Below, in pieces: positions 7,007 to 14,800 of a stretch of DNA of 36,091 nucleotides. The stretch lies in the IMG/VR virus record IMGVR_UViG_3300045988_093606. The stretch is one strand, 5' to 3'. The DNA is from a virus. The position numbers and the translations under genes are program-made. Numbering within the stretch: position 1 is the stretch's first letter; every line of letters starts with the position of its first letter. Below the pieces are notes generated by a model. That model was not told where the DNA came from and searched no databases. It saw only the letters and a list, made by a program, of their open reading frames with translations.

Positions 7007-7253
7007 AACCATCACCGAGTACATCAACAACTGCTGTGGCTGTCCGCCGGAAATGGGCTGCATGGGACAAGCCTGCCCGCATCACCCGCACGATGCCGAA
7101 CGGGAAGTGCTGGTGTGCGACGAATGCGAACAGGAAACAGAAGAACTCGTCTGCCTGCCGTGCTATGACAGCGATCTGTGGCTGTGTGCGGACTGCATGG
7201 ACGCACTGGTGGACGGGCTGCTGCTGCGGAAGAAAGGAGAGGCTCTGACATGA
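6999..7253 (+). CDS. Cys-rich small protein, 84 aa (GTG start)
   Basis: Multiple CxxC pairs (CCGC, CDEC, CLPC, CADC). GGAGGAGGTG RBS. Confidence 0.55.
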   Translation: MVKTITEYINNCCGCPPEMGCMGQACPHHPHDAEREVLVCDECEQETEELVCLPCYDSDLWLCADCMDALVDGLLLRKKGEALT

Positions 7254-8029
7254 CCAATCGGGAATATCACGCAGACCCGGCGATCTCCAAGTCTGATCTG
7301 GATCAGATACACCGTTCGCCGCTGCACTGGCAGTACCGCAAAGCCCACCCGCCGGAGCAGACACCGGCACTGCTGGTCGGCTCGGCTGTCCACAAGATGA
7401 TACTGGAGCCGTCCGGATTTGCAGACGAATTCGCCGTCGCACCGGAAACCGACCGCCGCACCAAAGCCGGCAGGGAAGCGTATCAGGCGTTTCAGGAATC
7501 CGCCGCCGGAAAGACCGTCATCACGCCGGAAATTTACCGGCTCTGCACCGACATGGCGGAGGCGTTGAGCCACTGCCAGACCGCAAGACAGCTGCTCACC
7601 GGCGGAAGGGCGGAGCAGTCCTTTTTCTGGGACGATGCCCACACCGGAATCCGCTGCAAATGCCGTCCGGACTATCTGCGTGACGGGTTCTGCGTAGACT
7701 ACAAGACCACACAAGATGCCTCTCCGGAGGCATTCCAGAAGGCGGCATACCGGTACCGCTATCCTGTGCAGGCGTACTGGTATCTGCACGGACTGGGAAA
7801 AAACGGTCTGTCCGGACTGGACTTTGTGTTTATCGCACAGGAGAAAGAACCGCCGTATGCGGCAGCCGTGTACTATGCGGACGAGTTGTTCTTACAGCTG
7901 GGACAGCAGGAGGCGGCTGCGGACTTGGAAACACTGGCGAAGTGCAGAAGCACCGGTATCTACAGCGGCTATCCGGAGGAGATTTTGCCGCTGACACCGC
8001 CGAAATTCGCCCTCAGAGATCTGATGTAA
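7250..8029 (+). CDS. PD-(D/E)XK exonuclease, RecE/exonuclease VIII-like (DUF3799-type), 259 aa
   Basis: YHADPAISKSDL...GSAVHK plus CRPDY...VDYKTT is a D...(D/E)xK nuclease motif. ATGA coupling. The SSAP gene follows immediately. Confidence 0.75.
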   Translation: MTNREYHADPAISKSDLDQIHRSPLHWQYRKAHPPEQTPALLVGSAVHKMILEPSGFADEFAVAPETDRRTKAGREAYQAFQESAAGKTVITPEIYRLCTDMAEALSHCQTARQLLTGGRAEQSFFWDDAHTGIRCKCRPDYLRDGFCVDYKTTQDASPEAFQKAAYRYRYPVQAYWYLHGLGKNGLSGLDFVFIAQEKEPPYAAAVYYADELFLQLGQQEAAADLETLAKCRSTGIYSGYPEEILPLTPPKFALRDLM

Positions 8030-8042
8030 AGGAGTATCACAT

Positions 8043-8888
8043 ATGGAAAATCATACATTGGCAAGCAACCCGTTTGCCGCACCGAAAAAGCACGACCACA
8101 CCAATCAGGGCACCGTGGAGATCGAATCCAGCAAGGCGGTGGCAGAGGCACAGGGCAAGCTGGTGATCGCAAAGCGGTTCCCACGGGACGAGATCACCGC
8201 CTATGAAAAGCTGATGACAGCTTGTTCCCGGCGGAACTTTGCGGAAAAGGCGACCTACAGCTATCCCCGCAGCGGCAGCACCATCAGCGGCCCGTCCATT
8301 CGTCTGGCGGAAGAAGCGGCACGGTGCTGGGGAAACGTGGATTTCGGCATCAAGGAACTGTCCCAGAAAGACGGGGAATCGGAGATGCTGGCGTACTGCT
8401 GGGACATGGAAACCAATGTCATGTCCAGCCAGCAGTTTGTGGTGCATCACATCCGTGACACCAAGAACGGTATCCAGAAGCTGACGGCACAGCGGGACAT
8501 CTACGAGAACAACGCCAACATGGCAGGGCGGCGGCTGCGTGCACGGATCCTGGCAATTCTGCCGCCGGACATCATCGAAGCCGCTGTGGAGCAGTGCCGC
8601 AAGACGCTTGCCGGAAACGCAGACGTGCCGCTGGAAGACCGGATCCAGAACATGGTGGCGGCATTCAAAAAGCTGAGTGTCCGTCGGGAGATGCTGGAAA
8701 AGCGTATGGGGCATGACGTGTCCCGCATGACCATGGAAGAACTGGTGGAGTGCATCGGCATCTACAACTCCATCAAGGACGGCAGCACCCGACCGGCAGA
8801 CTGGTTCGATGCAGTTGCCGACACCGGCAAGACCGATGCTGTCAACGAGAAGCTGAAAGGAGAGCAGAGCCATGCAGACAGCGTTTAA
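8043..8888 (+). CDS. Putative single-strand annealing recombinase (RecT/Red-beta type SSAP), 281 aa
   Basis: Position between the RecE-like exonuclease and SSB. I cannot assign the family from sequence alone. Confidence 0.5.
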   Translation: MENHTLASNPFAAPKKHDHTNQGTVEIESSKAVAEAQGKLVIAKRFPRDEITAYEKLMTACSRRNFAEKATYSYPRSGSTISGPSIRLAEEAARCWGNVDFGIKELSQKDGESEMLAYCWDMETNVMSSQQFVVHHIRDTKNGIQKLTAQRDIYENNANMAGRRLRARILAILPPDIIEAAVEQCRKTLAGNADVPLEDRIQNMVAAFKKLSVRREMLEKRMGHDVSRMTMEELVECIGIYNSIKDGSTRPADWFDAVADTGKTDAVNEKLKGEQSHADSV

Positions 8889-9285
8889 GGACGGCAGCAT
8901 TATGGTGTGCGGCACACTGCCGAAAGATGCCGTGTACAAGACCGTGGGGCAGAACAGCAGCAGTCTGACCACGTTTGGGGTAAAGGTAGGCGAAAAGCCG
9001 TCGCCGGACGTGAACCGGAAAGCCGATGCCGTGTGGTGTAACTGTGAGTGCTGGCACAGCGTTGCCAGAGCCGCACAGCATCTCCGGAAAGGGGACACCG
9101 TGCTGTGTGTGGGAAAGATCAAGGTGGAGCAGTGGAACGGCAAAGACCTGAAAAAGCTGGTGTGTGAGTTCGTGATGCCCATGCCCCAGAATCCGCCCCA
9201 GCCGGCAGGCTCTCCGCCGCCGCAGGCCGCCGTGGGAAATCTCTCGGACTATGAGGAACTTCTCTCTGACGGCGATCCGTTCTGA
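8872..9285 (+). CDS. ssb: Single-stranded DNA-binding protein (OB fold, Pro-rich linker, acidic tail ...LSDGDPF), 137 aa
   Basis: The C-terminal D-G-D-P-F tip is typical of bacterial and phage SSB, and a Pro/Gln-rich linker precedes it. Position after the SSAP. Confidence 0.7.
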   Translation: MQTAFKDGSIMVCGTLPKDAVYKTVGQNSSSLTTFGVKVGEKPSPDVNRKADAVWCNCECWHSVARAAQHLRKGDTVLCVGKIKVEQWNGKDLKKLVCEFVMPMPQNPPQPAGSPPPQAAVGNLSDYEELLSDGDPF

Positions 9286-9332
9286 CCGGAAATGTAAATT
9301 TATACCGTATATCCTGTAAATTCTCGTTCATA

Positions 9333-9356
9333 GTTGCACGTCGGCGTGCAACTTTT
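9333..9356 (+). terminator. Intrinsic terminator after ssb (GTTGCACG-tcgg-CGTGCAAC followed by TTTT)
   Basis: Perfect 8-bp stem, 4-nt loop, T4. Confidence 0.6.
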
Positions 9357-9393
9357 GCCCTCTGCGGGGCTATTTATGGAGGGGTATAAAAAA

Positions 9394-9527
9394 AGGCTCC
9401 CTTGAAAATGGAGCTGGCAGCCGCAGGCTGACTGAGGGATAATCCCCCTGTCCCTACGGGACATCCCCCTTTTCAAGGGGGACGAATGACTCCTCCGTCC
9501 TTCGGACACCTCCTCTGGGAGAGGAGG
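9394..9527 (+). repeat. Array of consecutive short GC-rich hairpins upstream of the replication gene
   Basis: Seven hairpins read directly: GGCTCC/GGAGCT (9394-9414), CAGCC-gca-GGCTG (9418-9430), GGGAT-a-ATCCC (9436-9446), GTCCC-tac-GGGAC (9450-9462), CCCCCTT-ttc-AAGGGGG (9465-9481), GTCC-ttc-GGAC (9497-9507), CCTCCTCT-ggg-AGAGGAGG (9509-9527). Confidence 0.6.
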
Positions 9528-9562
9528 CATATGACAAGCTCCATGAGAAAGGATGATGCAGG

Positions 9563-11719
9563 ATGTACAAGATCAAAGGAAGTGATGCCATGGACAGCGA
9601 GATGCTGACCTACATTCAAAAGCAGAAGGAGAAGTACCAGAACTTTTCCTGCGGCACTGCCGAAGCGGTGGCGGATGTGCTGTCGGATATTGTGCTGCTG
9701 GGCGGAGACGATTCCCAGAAGATCAACGGGGCGATCGCTGCACTGCGGCAGTCCGCCATCGACAAGGGGAAAAAGGACATCTTCGACCGCTGCTATCAGC
9801 TGACCCTGCAGGGGCTTGCGGCATACATCGCCGAGCACCACCTGACGCTGCGGCTGTGGTACACACGGGAGGATTTCCTCAACACGGAAGAACCCTATCG
9901 GGAAGCGTTCCAGACACAGGGCGCATTCCAGAAAGCCCAGCGGCTGGAACAGCTGGCGTATAATGCCAACGCCGTGGGCTTTACCAAATTCCAGAGCGTG
10001 TACAAGAAATACGCCAAGGCACAGCGGTATATGAACGTGGGCGGCGACCCCAATATGCAGAACCCCACGGCGTTCCCGAACCAGCCTCTGGAACTGGACG
10101 GCGGCGAGTGGACGTGCAGTGAGGACGGGGTGCAGCAGAACGTGGAGGGCATGCCCATCATTGCCTGCCCGCACCCGATCATGCCGGTGGAACGGCTCAT
10201 CAACATTGATACCGGCGAGGAAAAGCTGAAAATTGCCTTCTGCAAGGGCAGACGGTGGCGGTATGCAGTCTACGGCAAGGACGTGCTGTTTGTGGCGAAC
10301 AAGGTGACGCAGCTGTCCTCTATCGGTGTGGCGGTGACCTCGGAAAACGCCAAGGCACTGGTGAAATACCTGTGCTATATCGAAAACCGGAACTATGACA
10401 TTCTGCCGGAGCGAAACAGTGTGGGACGGCTGGGGTACGTGGGGGACGACAACGTATTTTCCCCGTACCAGCCCGACCTGACCTTTGACGGCGAGAGCAA
10501 CTACAGCGAGATGTATCGGGCGATCCGTCCCCAGGGCAGCTATGACGTGTGGCGGGAAACCGCTGTCCGCTGCCGGCAGGAGAGCCGCACGGCACAGATC
10601 CTGCTGGCGGCATCCTTTGCCAGTGTGCTGCTGGGGCATATCGGAGCGCTGCCGTTTTTCGTACACCTCTGGAGCGCGGAATCCGGCACGGGCAAGACCG
10701 TGGGGCTGATGCTTGCGGCGAGCGTCTGGGGCGATCCCATGCTGGGGCGGTATGTGCAGACGTTCAACGCCACGCAGGTGAGCCACGAACGCACTGCCGG
10801 CTTTCTCCACAACATTCCCCTGTGCATCGACGAATTGCAGCTTTCCAAGGACAGCCACGGCAAGAGCCGGTTCGACGTGTACCAGCTGGCACAGGGCGTG
10901 GGTAGAGGACGGGGCAACAAGGCAGGCGGCATCGACCGCACGCCCACCTGGTCGCTGTGCATTCTGACCACGGGGGAATCTCCCATTGTCCAGAGCGGTG
11001 CCGGTGCCGGTGCGGTGAACCGTGTCATTGACATCGAGTGCCGTGCCGCAGAATCGGTGGTGCAGGACGGCGTTTCTGTTTCGGCGGCGGTGAAGCAGCA
11101 CTACGGCCACGCCGGAAAGGCATTTGTCGAGGGCCTGACACCGGAGCGAATCGAGGCGGCAAAGGCGTACTACACCCAGCAGTTTCGGGCACTGTCCACA
11201 CGGGACACCACGGAGAAACAGGCAATGGCAGCGGCGGCGATTCTGGCGGCGGACAAGCTGGCGGACGAGATCGTGTTTCATACGGGGAAGTGCCTGACGG
11301 CGGACGAGATCGCAGCGTTTTTGCAGACCAAAGCCAGCGTTTCCGCCGGCGAGCGTGGCTATCAGTATATGTGCGACTGGGTGGCGGTGAACGCCAACAA
11401 GTTTGAGGTGGAACGCCGCATGATGCAGGACAGCACACCGCTGCCCACCCTCAGCGGTGAGGTGTTCGGCAGGATCGAATCCGGCTGGGCGTACATCAAC
11501 AGCAGTGTGTTCCGCAGGGCAGCACAGGAAGCCGGCTATGACAGCCGTGCACTGCTGAGCTGGCTCAAGGCGAAAGGGCTGATTTTGACGAGAAAGAAGA
11601 ACTTAACACGAGGGAAACGGATTCACGGAATCAATACTGAGTGTGTTGTGATGCGGCTGCATCAGGATAACGGGGACGAAACCGATGTTCGGGACGTGTC
11701 CGAAACGGAATTGCTTTGA
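9563..11719 (+). CDS. DUF927-type P-loop NTPase (SF3-like replicative helicase/initiator), 718 aa
   Basis: Walker A ESGTGKT and Walker B PLCIDELQ, preceded by a DUF927-like core (PIIACPHPIMPVERLINIDTGEEKLKIAF...). An alternative ATG at 9590 also has a good RBS. Confidence 0.75.
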   Translation: MYKIKGSDAMDSEMLTYIQKQKEKYQNFSCGTAEAVADVLSDIVLLGGDDSQKINGAIAALRQSAIDKGKKDIFDRCYQLTLQGLAAYIAEHHLTLRLWYTREDFLNTEEPYREAFQTQGAFQKAQRLEQLAYNANAVGFTKFQSVYKKYAKAQRYMNVGGDPNMQNPTAFPNQPLELDGGEWTCSEDGVQQNVEGMPIIACPHPIMPVERLINIDTGEEKLKIAFCKGRRWRYAVYGKDVLFVANKVTQLSSIGVAVTSENAKALVKYLCYIENRNYDILPERNSVGRLGYVGDDNVFSPYQPDLTFDGESNYSEMYRAIRPQGSYDVWRETAVRCRQESRTAQILLAASFASVLLGHIGALPFFVHLWSAESGTGKTVGLMLAASVWGDPMLGRYVQTFNATQVSHERTAGFLHNIPLCIDELQLSKDSHGKSRFDVYQLAQGVGRGRGNKAGGIDRTPTWSLCILTTGESPIVQSGAGAGAVNRVIDIECRAAESVVQDGVSVSAAVKQHYGHAGKAFVEGLTPERIEAAKAYYTQQFRALSTRDTTEKQAMAAAAILAADKLADEIVFHTGKCLTADEIAAFLQTKASVSAGERGYQYMCDWVAVNANKFEVERRMMQDSTPLPTLSGEVFGRIESGWAYINSSVFRRAAQEAGYDSRALLSWLKAKGLILTRKKNLTRGKRIHGINTECVVMRLHQDNGDETDVRDVSETELL

Positions 11720-11720
11720 A

Positions 11721-11992
11721 TGTGGGGTGATTTTGCAATGGCGTGGGGCTGCTTGTGGGGGCGAAATGTGTTAAAAAAGTACGCAGTTATGGGCGTGTGG
11801 GGTTGTGGGGCTGTTTTCCCCCATATATACACGATTTTATTTTCAGATATTCTGAACCGGAAAAATATTTTTTTCTATATAGGAAAATGTGCGAATTAGC
11901 CCCACAGCCCCACAACAACCATTTTTGACTGGAAATTGCGTGGTTTTTCTTGTGGGGGTGTATCCCCACAGTGTTCCGCAATCCCCACAGTG
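11721..11992. repeat. Putative replication origin: 10 TGTGGGG-type iterons in both orientations around an AT-rich segment
   Basis: Forward copies start at 11721, 11742 (CGTGGGG), 11754, 11796, 11804 and 11951. Reverse CCCCACA copies start at 11900, 11908, 11964 and 11983. The AT-rich core spans about 11821-11897. ATCCCCACAGTG occurs twice (11962, 11981). Confidence 0.65.
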
Positions 11993-12167
11993 ATAGATAT
12001 TGTAACTTTTAAAACTTTTCAAAAAATAGCCTTTCCTTTAGGGGAGGGGAACCGTCGTCAGACGGTGGAGGGGTTTTGCGGAATCTTTTTCTTCATGTGC
12101 TAGTTTTCACGGAAATACCCCTCAGTCAAGCCTGCGGCTTGCCAGCTCAGCACAAGGCACGCCCTGC

Positions 12168-12231
12168 GGGTGCCCTGAAGGGGAGCCTATTTATACAAAG
12201 GGTGCCCTTTAGGGGAGCCTATAACAGAAAG
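12168..12231 (+). repeat. Two tandem 32-bp units (GGGTGCCCT..GGGGAGCCTAT..) directly upstream of the helicase gene
   Basis: 12168-12199 and 12200-12231 share GGGTGCCCT and AGGGGAGCCTAT blocks in register. Confidence 0.7.
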
Positions 12232-12241
12232 GAAAATGCTT

Positions 12242-13747
12242 ATGCAGTTAAGACCTTATCAACAGGAGTGTATCGACATCCTGGAACGCAAGCCGGACGG
12301 GCGGTATCTGGTGCAGATGGCGACCGGTCTGGGCAAGACGGCGACCTTTACCCACCTGCCGCGGCACGGGGACGTGCTGCTGCTGTCTCATCGGGAAGAA
12401 CTGGTGCGTCAGCCTCTGCGGTATTACACCGGCTGCCGCACCGGCGTGGAAATGGCTGGGGAATCTTCCAGACCCTCGGACGAGGTGGTTTCCGCCAGCG
12501 TGCAGAGCCTTGTCCACCGGCTGGAACGGTTCGAGCCGGAACGCTTTCACACCATTATTGTGGACGAGGCACACCACGCCGCAGCATCTACCTACCGGAA
12601 AGTGCTGGACTACTTCAGGCCACACAAGGTCATCGGGTTCACGGCAACCCCGAACCGTTCTGACAAGGCACGGCTCAGCGACGTGTTTGACGAGATCGTG
12701 TTCCGGCGGGATCTGCGGTGGGGCATTTCGCAGGGCTATCTCTGTGACATCTTCTGCCGCCGCATCGACATCGGCTACGACCTGCGGCAGGTGCACACCC
12801 GCAACGGGGATTATGCACCGGGGGAACTGGACGAGGCAATGGCAGGTACGGAAGATGCGGTGGCAGAGGCGTACCGGAAATACGCCAAGGGTGCAACGCT
12901 GATCTTCGCCGCCAGCGTCCGCCATGCGGAACAGATCGCCAGGCGGATCGACGGGGCAGTAGTCGTCACGGGAAAAACGCCCAACCGGAGCGAGATCATC
13001 CGGCGGTTCACGGTACGGGAGATTCCCTGTCTGGTGAACTGCATGGTGTTCACCGAGGGGACGGATATGCCGCTGGTGGAAACGGTCATCATCGCCAGAC
13101 CGACCCAGTCCGACAGCCTGTATGCCCAGATGGTGGGGCGAGGGCTGCGGCTGCATCCCGACAAGGACAAGCTGACGCTCATGGACTGCGTGGGCGTGAC
13201 AGGCAAGGCACATCTCTGCACCGCACCCACGCTGCTGGGCGTAGACCTGTCCCAGATTCCCCAGAGCCGGCAGCAGGAAGTGGAGGGCTTGCTGTTCGAA
13301 CTGCCGGAAAAGGCGGAACTGGCTTCGGACTGCCCACAGAGCTGGATCCGGAACACGCAGATCGTGGAGCTCTGGGCAAAACAGCAGCAGTACGACACCC
13401 GGGGGATACATTTTTTCCGCATGCCGGACGGCAGGCTGGTGTGCAGCCTGAAAGACCGGAAAAAGCTGGTGATTCCCTGTCAGGACGAACTGGGGAACAC
13501 GGTGTACGGCGGCAGGGCAATGCCCATGCAGGAGGCAATCGACAAGGTGTATCAGGAATTGCTGACGGACTATCCCGACCAGCGGTATCTCTGGGACTTG
13601 TCCCGTGCCAAGCGGTGGGGAACGGCTCCGGCAAGCGAAAAACAGGTGGAGCTGATCCGGAAAAAGTGCAGGAAGTATCCGGTGGACTGTGGCGGGCTGA
13701 CGAAACTGCAGGCATCGCAGATCCTGAACCGGCTGATGATGAGGTGA
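12242..13747 (+). CDS. SF2 DEAD/DEAH-box helicase (SNF2/type III restriction Res-like), about 501 aa
   Basis: LRPYQ, Walker A ATGLGKT, DEAH (VDEAHH), FTATP, and motif VI QMVGRGLR. The ATG at 12242 has 8-nt spacing from GAAAGGA; the ATG at 12236 is too close to it. Confidence 0.85.
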   Translation: MQLRPYQQECIDILERKPDGRYLVQMATGLGKTATFTHLPRHGDVLLLSHREELVRQPLRYYTGCRTGVEMAGESSRPSDEVVSASVQSLVHRLERFEPERFHTIIVDEAHHAAASTYRKVLDYFRPHKVIGFTATPNRSDKARLSDVFDEIVFRRDLRWGISQGYLCDIFCRRIDIGYDLRQVHTRNGDYAPGELDEAMAGTEDAVAEAYRKYAKGATLIFAASVRHAEQIARRIDGAVVVTGKTPNRSEIIRRFTVREIPCLVNCMVFTEGTDMPLVETVIIARPTQSDSLYAQMVGRGLRLHPDKDKLTLMDCVGVTGKAHLCTAPTLLGVDLSQIPQSRQQEVEGLLFELPEKAELASDCPQSWIRNTQIVELWAKQQQYDTRGIHFFRMPDGRLVCSLKDRKKLVIPCQDELGNTVYGGRAMPMQEAIDKVYQELLTDYPDQRYLWDLSRAKRWGTAPASEKQVELIRKKCRKYPVDCGGLTKLQASQILNRLMMR

Positions 13748-13751
13748 GAAA

Positions 13752-14144
13752 ATGGCAAGTATGACAGAAGACCAGATACAGCAGGCGGTGATCCGCTGGT
13801 CTCAGCAGGCGAACGTCCGGAAGATGTTTCCCCAGCTGGCACTGCTGTACCACATTCCCAACGAGCGAAAGTGTACGCCCCAGCAGGGTGCAAGGCTGAA
13901 ACGCATGGGGGTGAAATCCGGTGTGCCGGACTTGCATCTGCCTGTGGCGAGGGGTGTGTATCACGGGCTGTATCTGGAGATGAAAACGGAAAAGGGCAGG
14001 GTGTCCGCCAATCAGGCGTGGTGGCTGGAACGGCTGCGGGAGAACGGCTGCTGCTGTGTGGTCTGCCGCAGCTGGGAAGATGCCGCACACACGCTGGTGA
14101 CCTATCTGACAGAGGGCAGAGCCGATGACCGGGAAAGAAATTGA
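13752..14144 (+). CDS. VRR-NUC domain nuclease, 130 aa
   Basis: GVPDL...LEMK is a PD-(D/E)xK signature in a VRR-NUC-like context (...QAWWLERLRENG). This is the usual partner gene after a phage SNF2 helicase. Confidence 0.75.
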   Translation: MASMTEDQIQQAVIRWSQQANVRKMFPQLALLYHIPNERKCTPQQGARLKRMGVKSGVPDLHLPVARGVYHGLYLEMKTEKGRVSANQAWWLERLRENGCCCVVCRSWEDAAHTLVTYLTEGRADDRERN

Positions 14145-14448
14145 AGTCCTTGCGGCAAAGAACGCACCTCTGCCGGACGGGCTGGATGTGCCGGAACGGT
14201 ACCTGTTCCTGTGCCTGCGGTCGCTGTACACCCAGTTTCGGGCGGGGACGGTGGACAGGCAGCAGGCGAAACGGGAAAAGACGGAGATCGTCAGCGGATA
14301 CGAAGCGTTCCGGCTGCGGTGGAAGATCACACAACAGGATATGCGGATCCTGCGGGAGGTGCAGCTGACCGGTGACTATTACCGGAAAGACGGCTGCCCG
14401 AAGTGTCGGGAGCTGTATGACCGGTTGTGTGGGGTTGGAAAGGAGTAG
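14125..14448 (+). CDS. Hypothetical protein, 107 aa
   Basis: ATG after AGAGGG. Overlaps the upstream gene end. Confidence 0.55.
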   Translation: MTGKEIEVLAAKNAPLPDGLDVPERYLFLCLRSLYTQFRAGTVDRQQAKREKTEIVSGYEAFRLRWKITQQDMRILREVQLTGDYYRKDGCPKCRELYDRLCGVGKE

Positions 14449-14451
14449 ACA

Positions 14452-14712
14452 ATGATAGACCAGGAAACAAGACAGCAGTTTGAGGACGAGGTATATCTCA
14501 TCTGCGGCGAGGACAAGAAAACAGCATCACGGATCATGACGGCGTTTGACACGCTGCGTGGCAAGCCCGGCGTGCTGGTCACCGAGGAACAGCTGAAGCA
14601 GATCAGGAAGAAATTTTGGAGTTCCAGCGATGATGTTCTCGGCAATGACATGATCGAAATCGACGAGGCATACGGCATTGTGCGTGAGTGCATCGGGTGT
14701 GAGGAGGAGTAG
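14452..14712 (+). CDS. Hypothetical protein, 86 aa
   Basis: ATG after GAAAGGAG. Confidence 0.55.
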   Translation: MIDQETRQQFEDEVYLICGEDKKTASRIMTAFDTLRGKPGVLVTEEQLKQIRKKFWSSSDDVLGNDMIEIDEAYGIVRECIGCEEE

Positions 14713-14723
14713 TGCAAGAAACG

Positions 14724-14765
14724 CTAACGCACGCCGAGCGTAAGCCTAACGCACGCCAAGCGTTA
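14724..14765 (+). repeat. Two tandem 22-bp units, CTAACGCACGCC(G/A)AGCGT(A/T)A; the core motif then recurs twice more downstream
   Basis: 14724-14743 versus 14746-14765 match at 18 of 20 positions. CCGAGCG(T/A)A recurs at 14767 and 14778. Each unit contains an ACGC...GCGT dyad. Confidence 0.65.
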
Positions 14766-14800
14766 ACCGAGCGTAAACCGAGCGAAGGAGGAAGAAGAAC

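Noticed and set aside
9531-9608. 25-aa upstream ORF (MTSSMRKDDAGCTRSKEVMPWTARC) after GAGAGGAGG, as a possible leader peptide for the replication gene
   Set aside because: The Shine-Dalgarno-like sequence is part of an 8-bp hairpin stem and lies only 3 nt from the ATG. The peptide overlaps the real gene out of frame. There is no supporting feature.
9473-11281. 602-aa minus-strand ORF opposite the DUF927 gene. Similar long antisense ORFs occur at 8037-9182, 12248-13411, 13179-14330, 16333-17712, 21710-23071 and 34742-35965.
   Set aside because: All lie antisense to genes with strong motif support. All have Arg/His/Pro/Cys-rich, motif-free translations and lack RBSs. This is the expected artefact of high GC at third codon positions.
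11721-11992. TGTGGGG repeats read as a CRISPR array or as coding sequence (ORFs 11743-11928 plus strand and 11787-11981 minus strand)
   Set aside because: The repeats are only 7 nt, irregularly spaced and in both orientations, which is unlike CRISPR. The ORFs have no RBS and low-complexity translations. An iteron origin next to the initiator gene explains the pattern better.
12076-12663. 195-aa plus-strand ORF starting in the repeat region and overlapping the helicase gene out of frame
   Set aside because: It is an Arg/Gly/Ala/Pro-rich shadow translation with no RBS. The helicase frame carries all the SF2 motifs.
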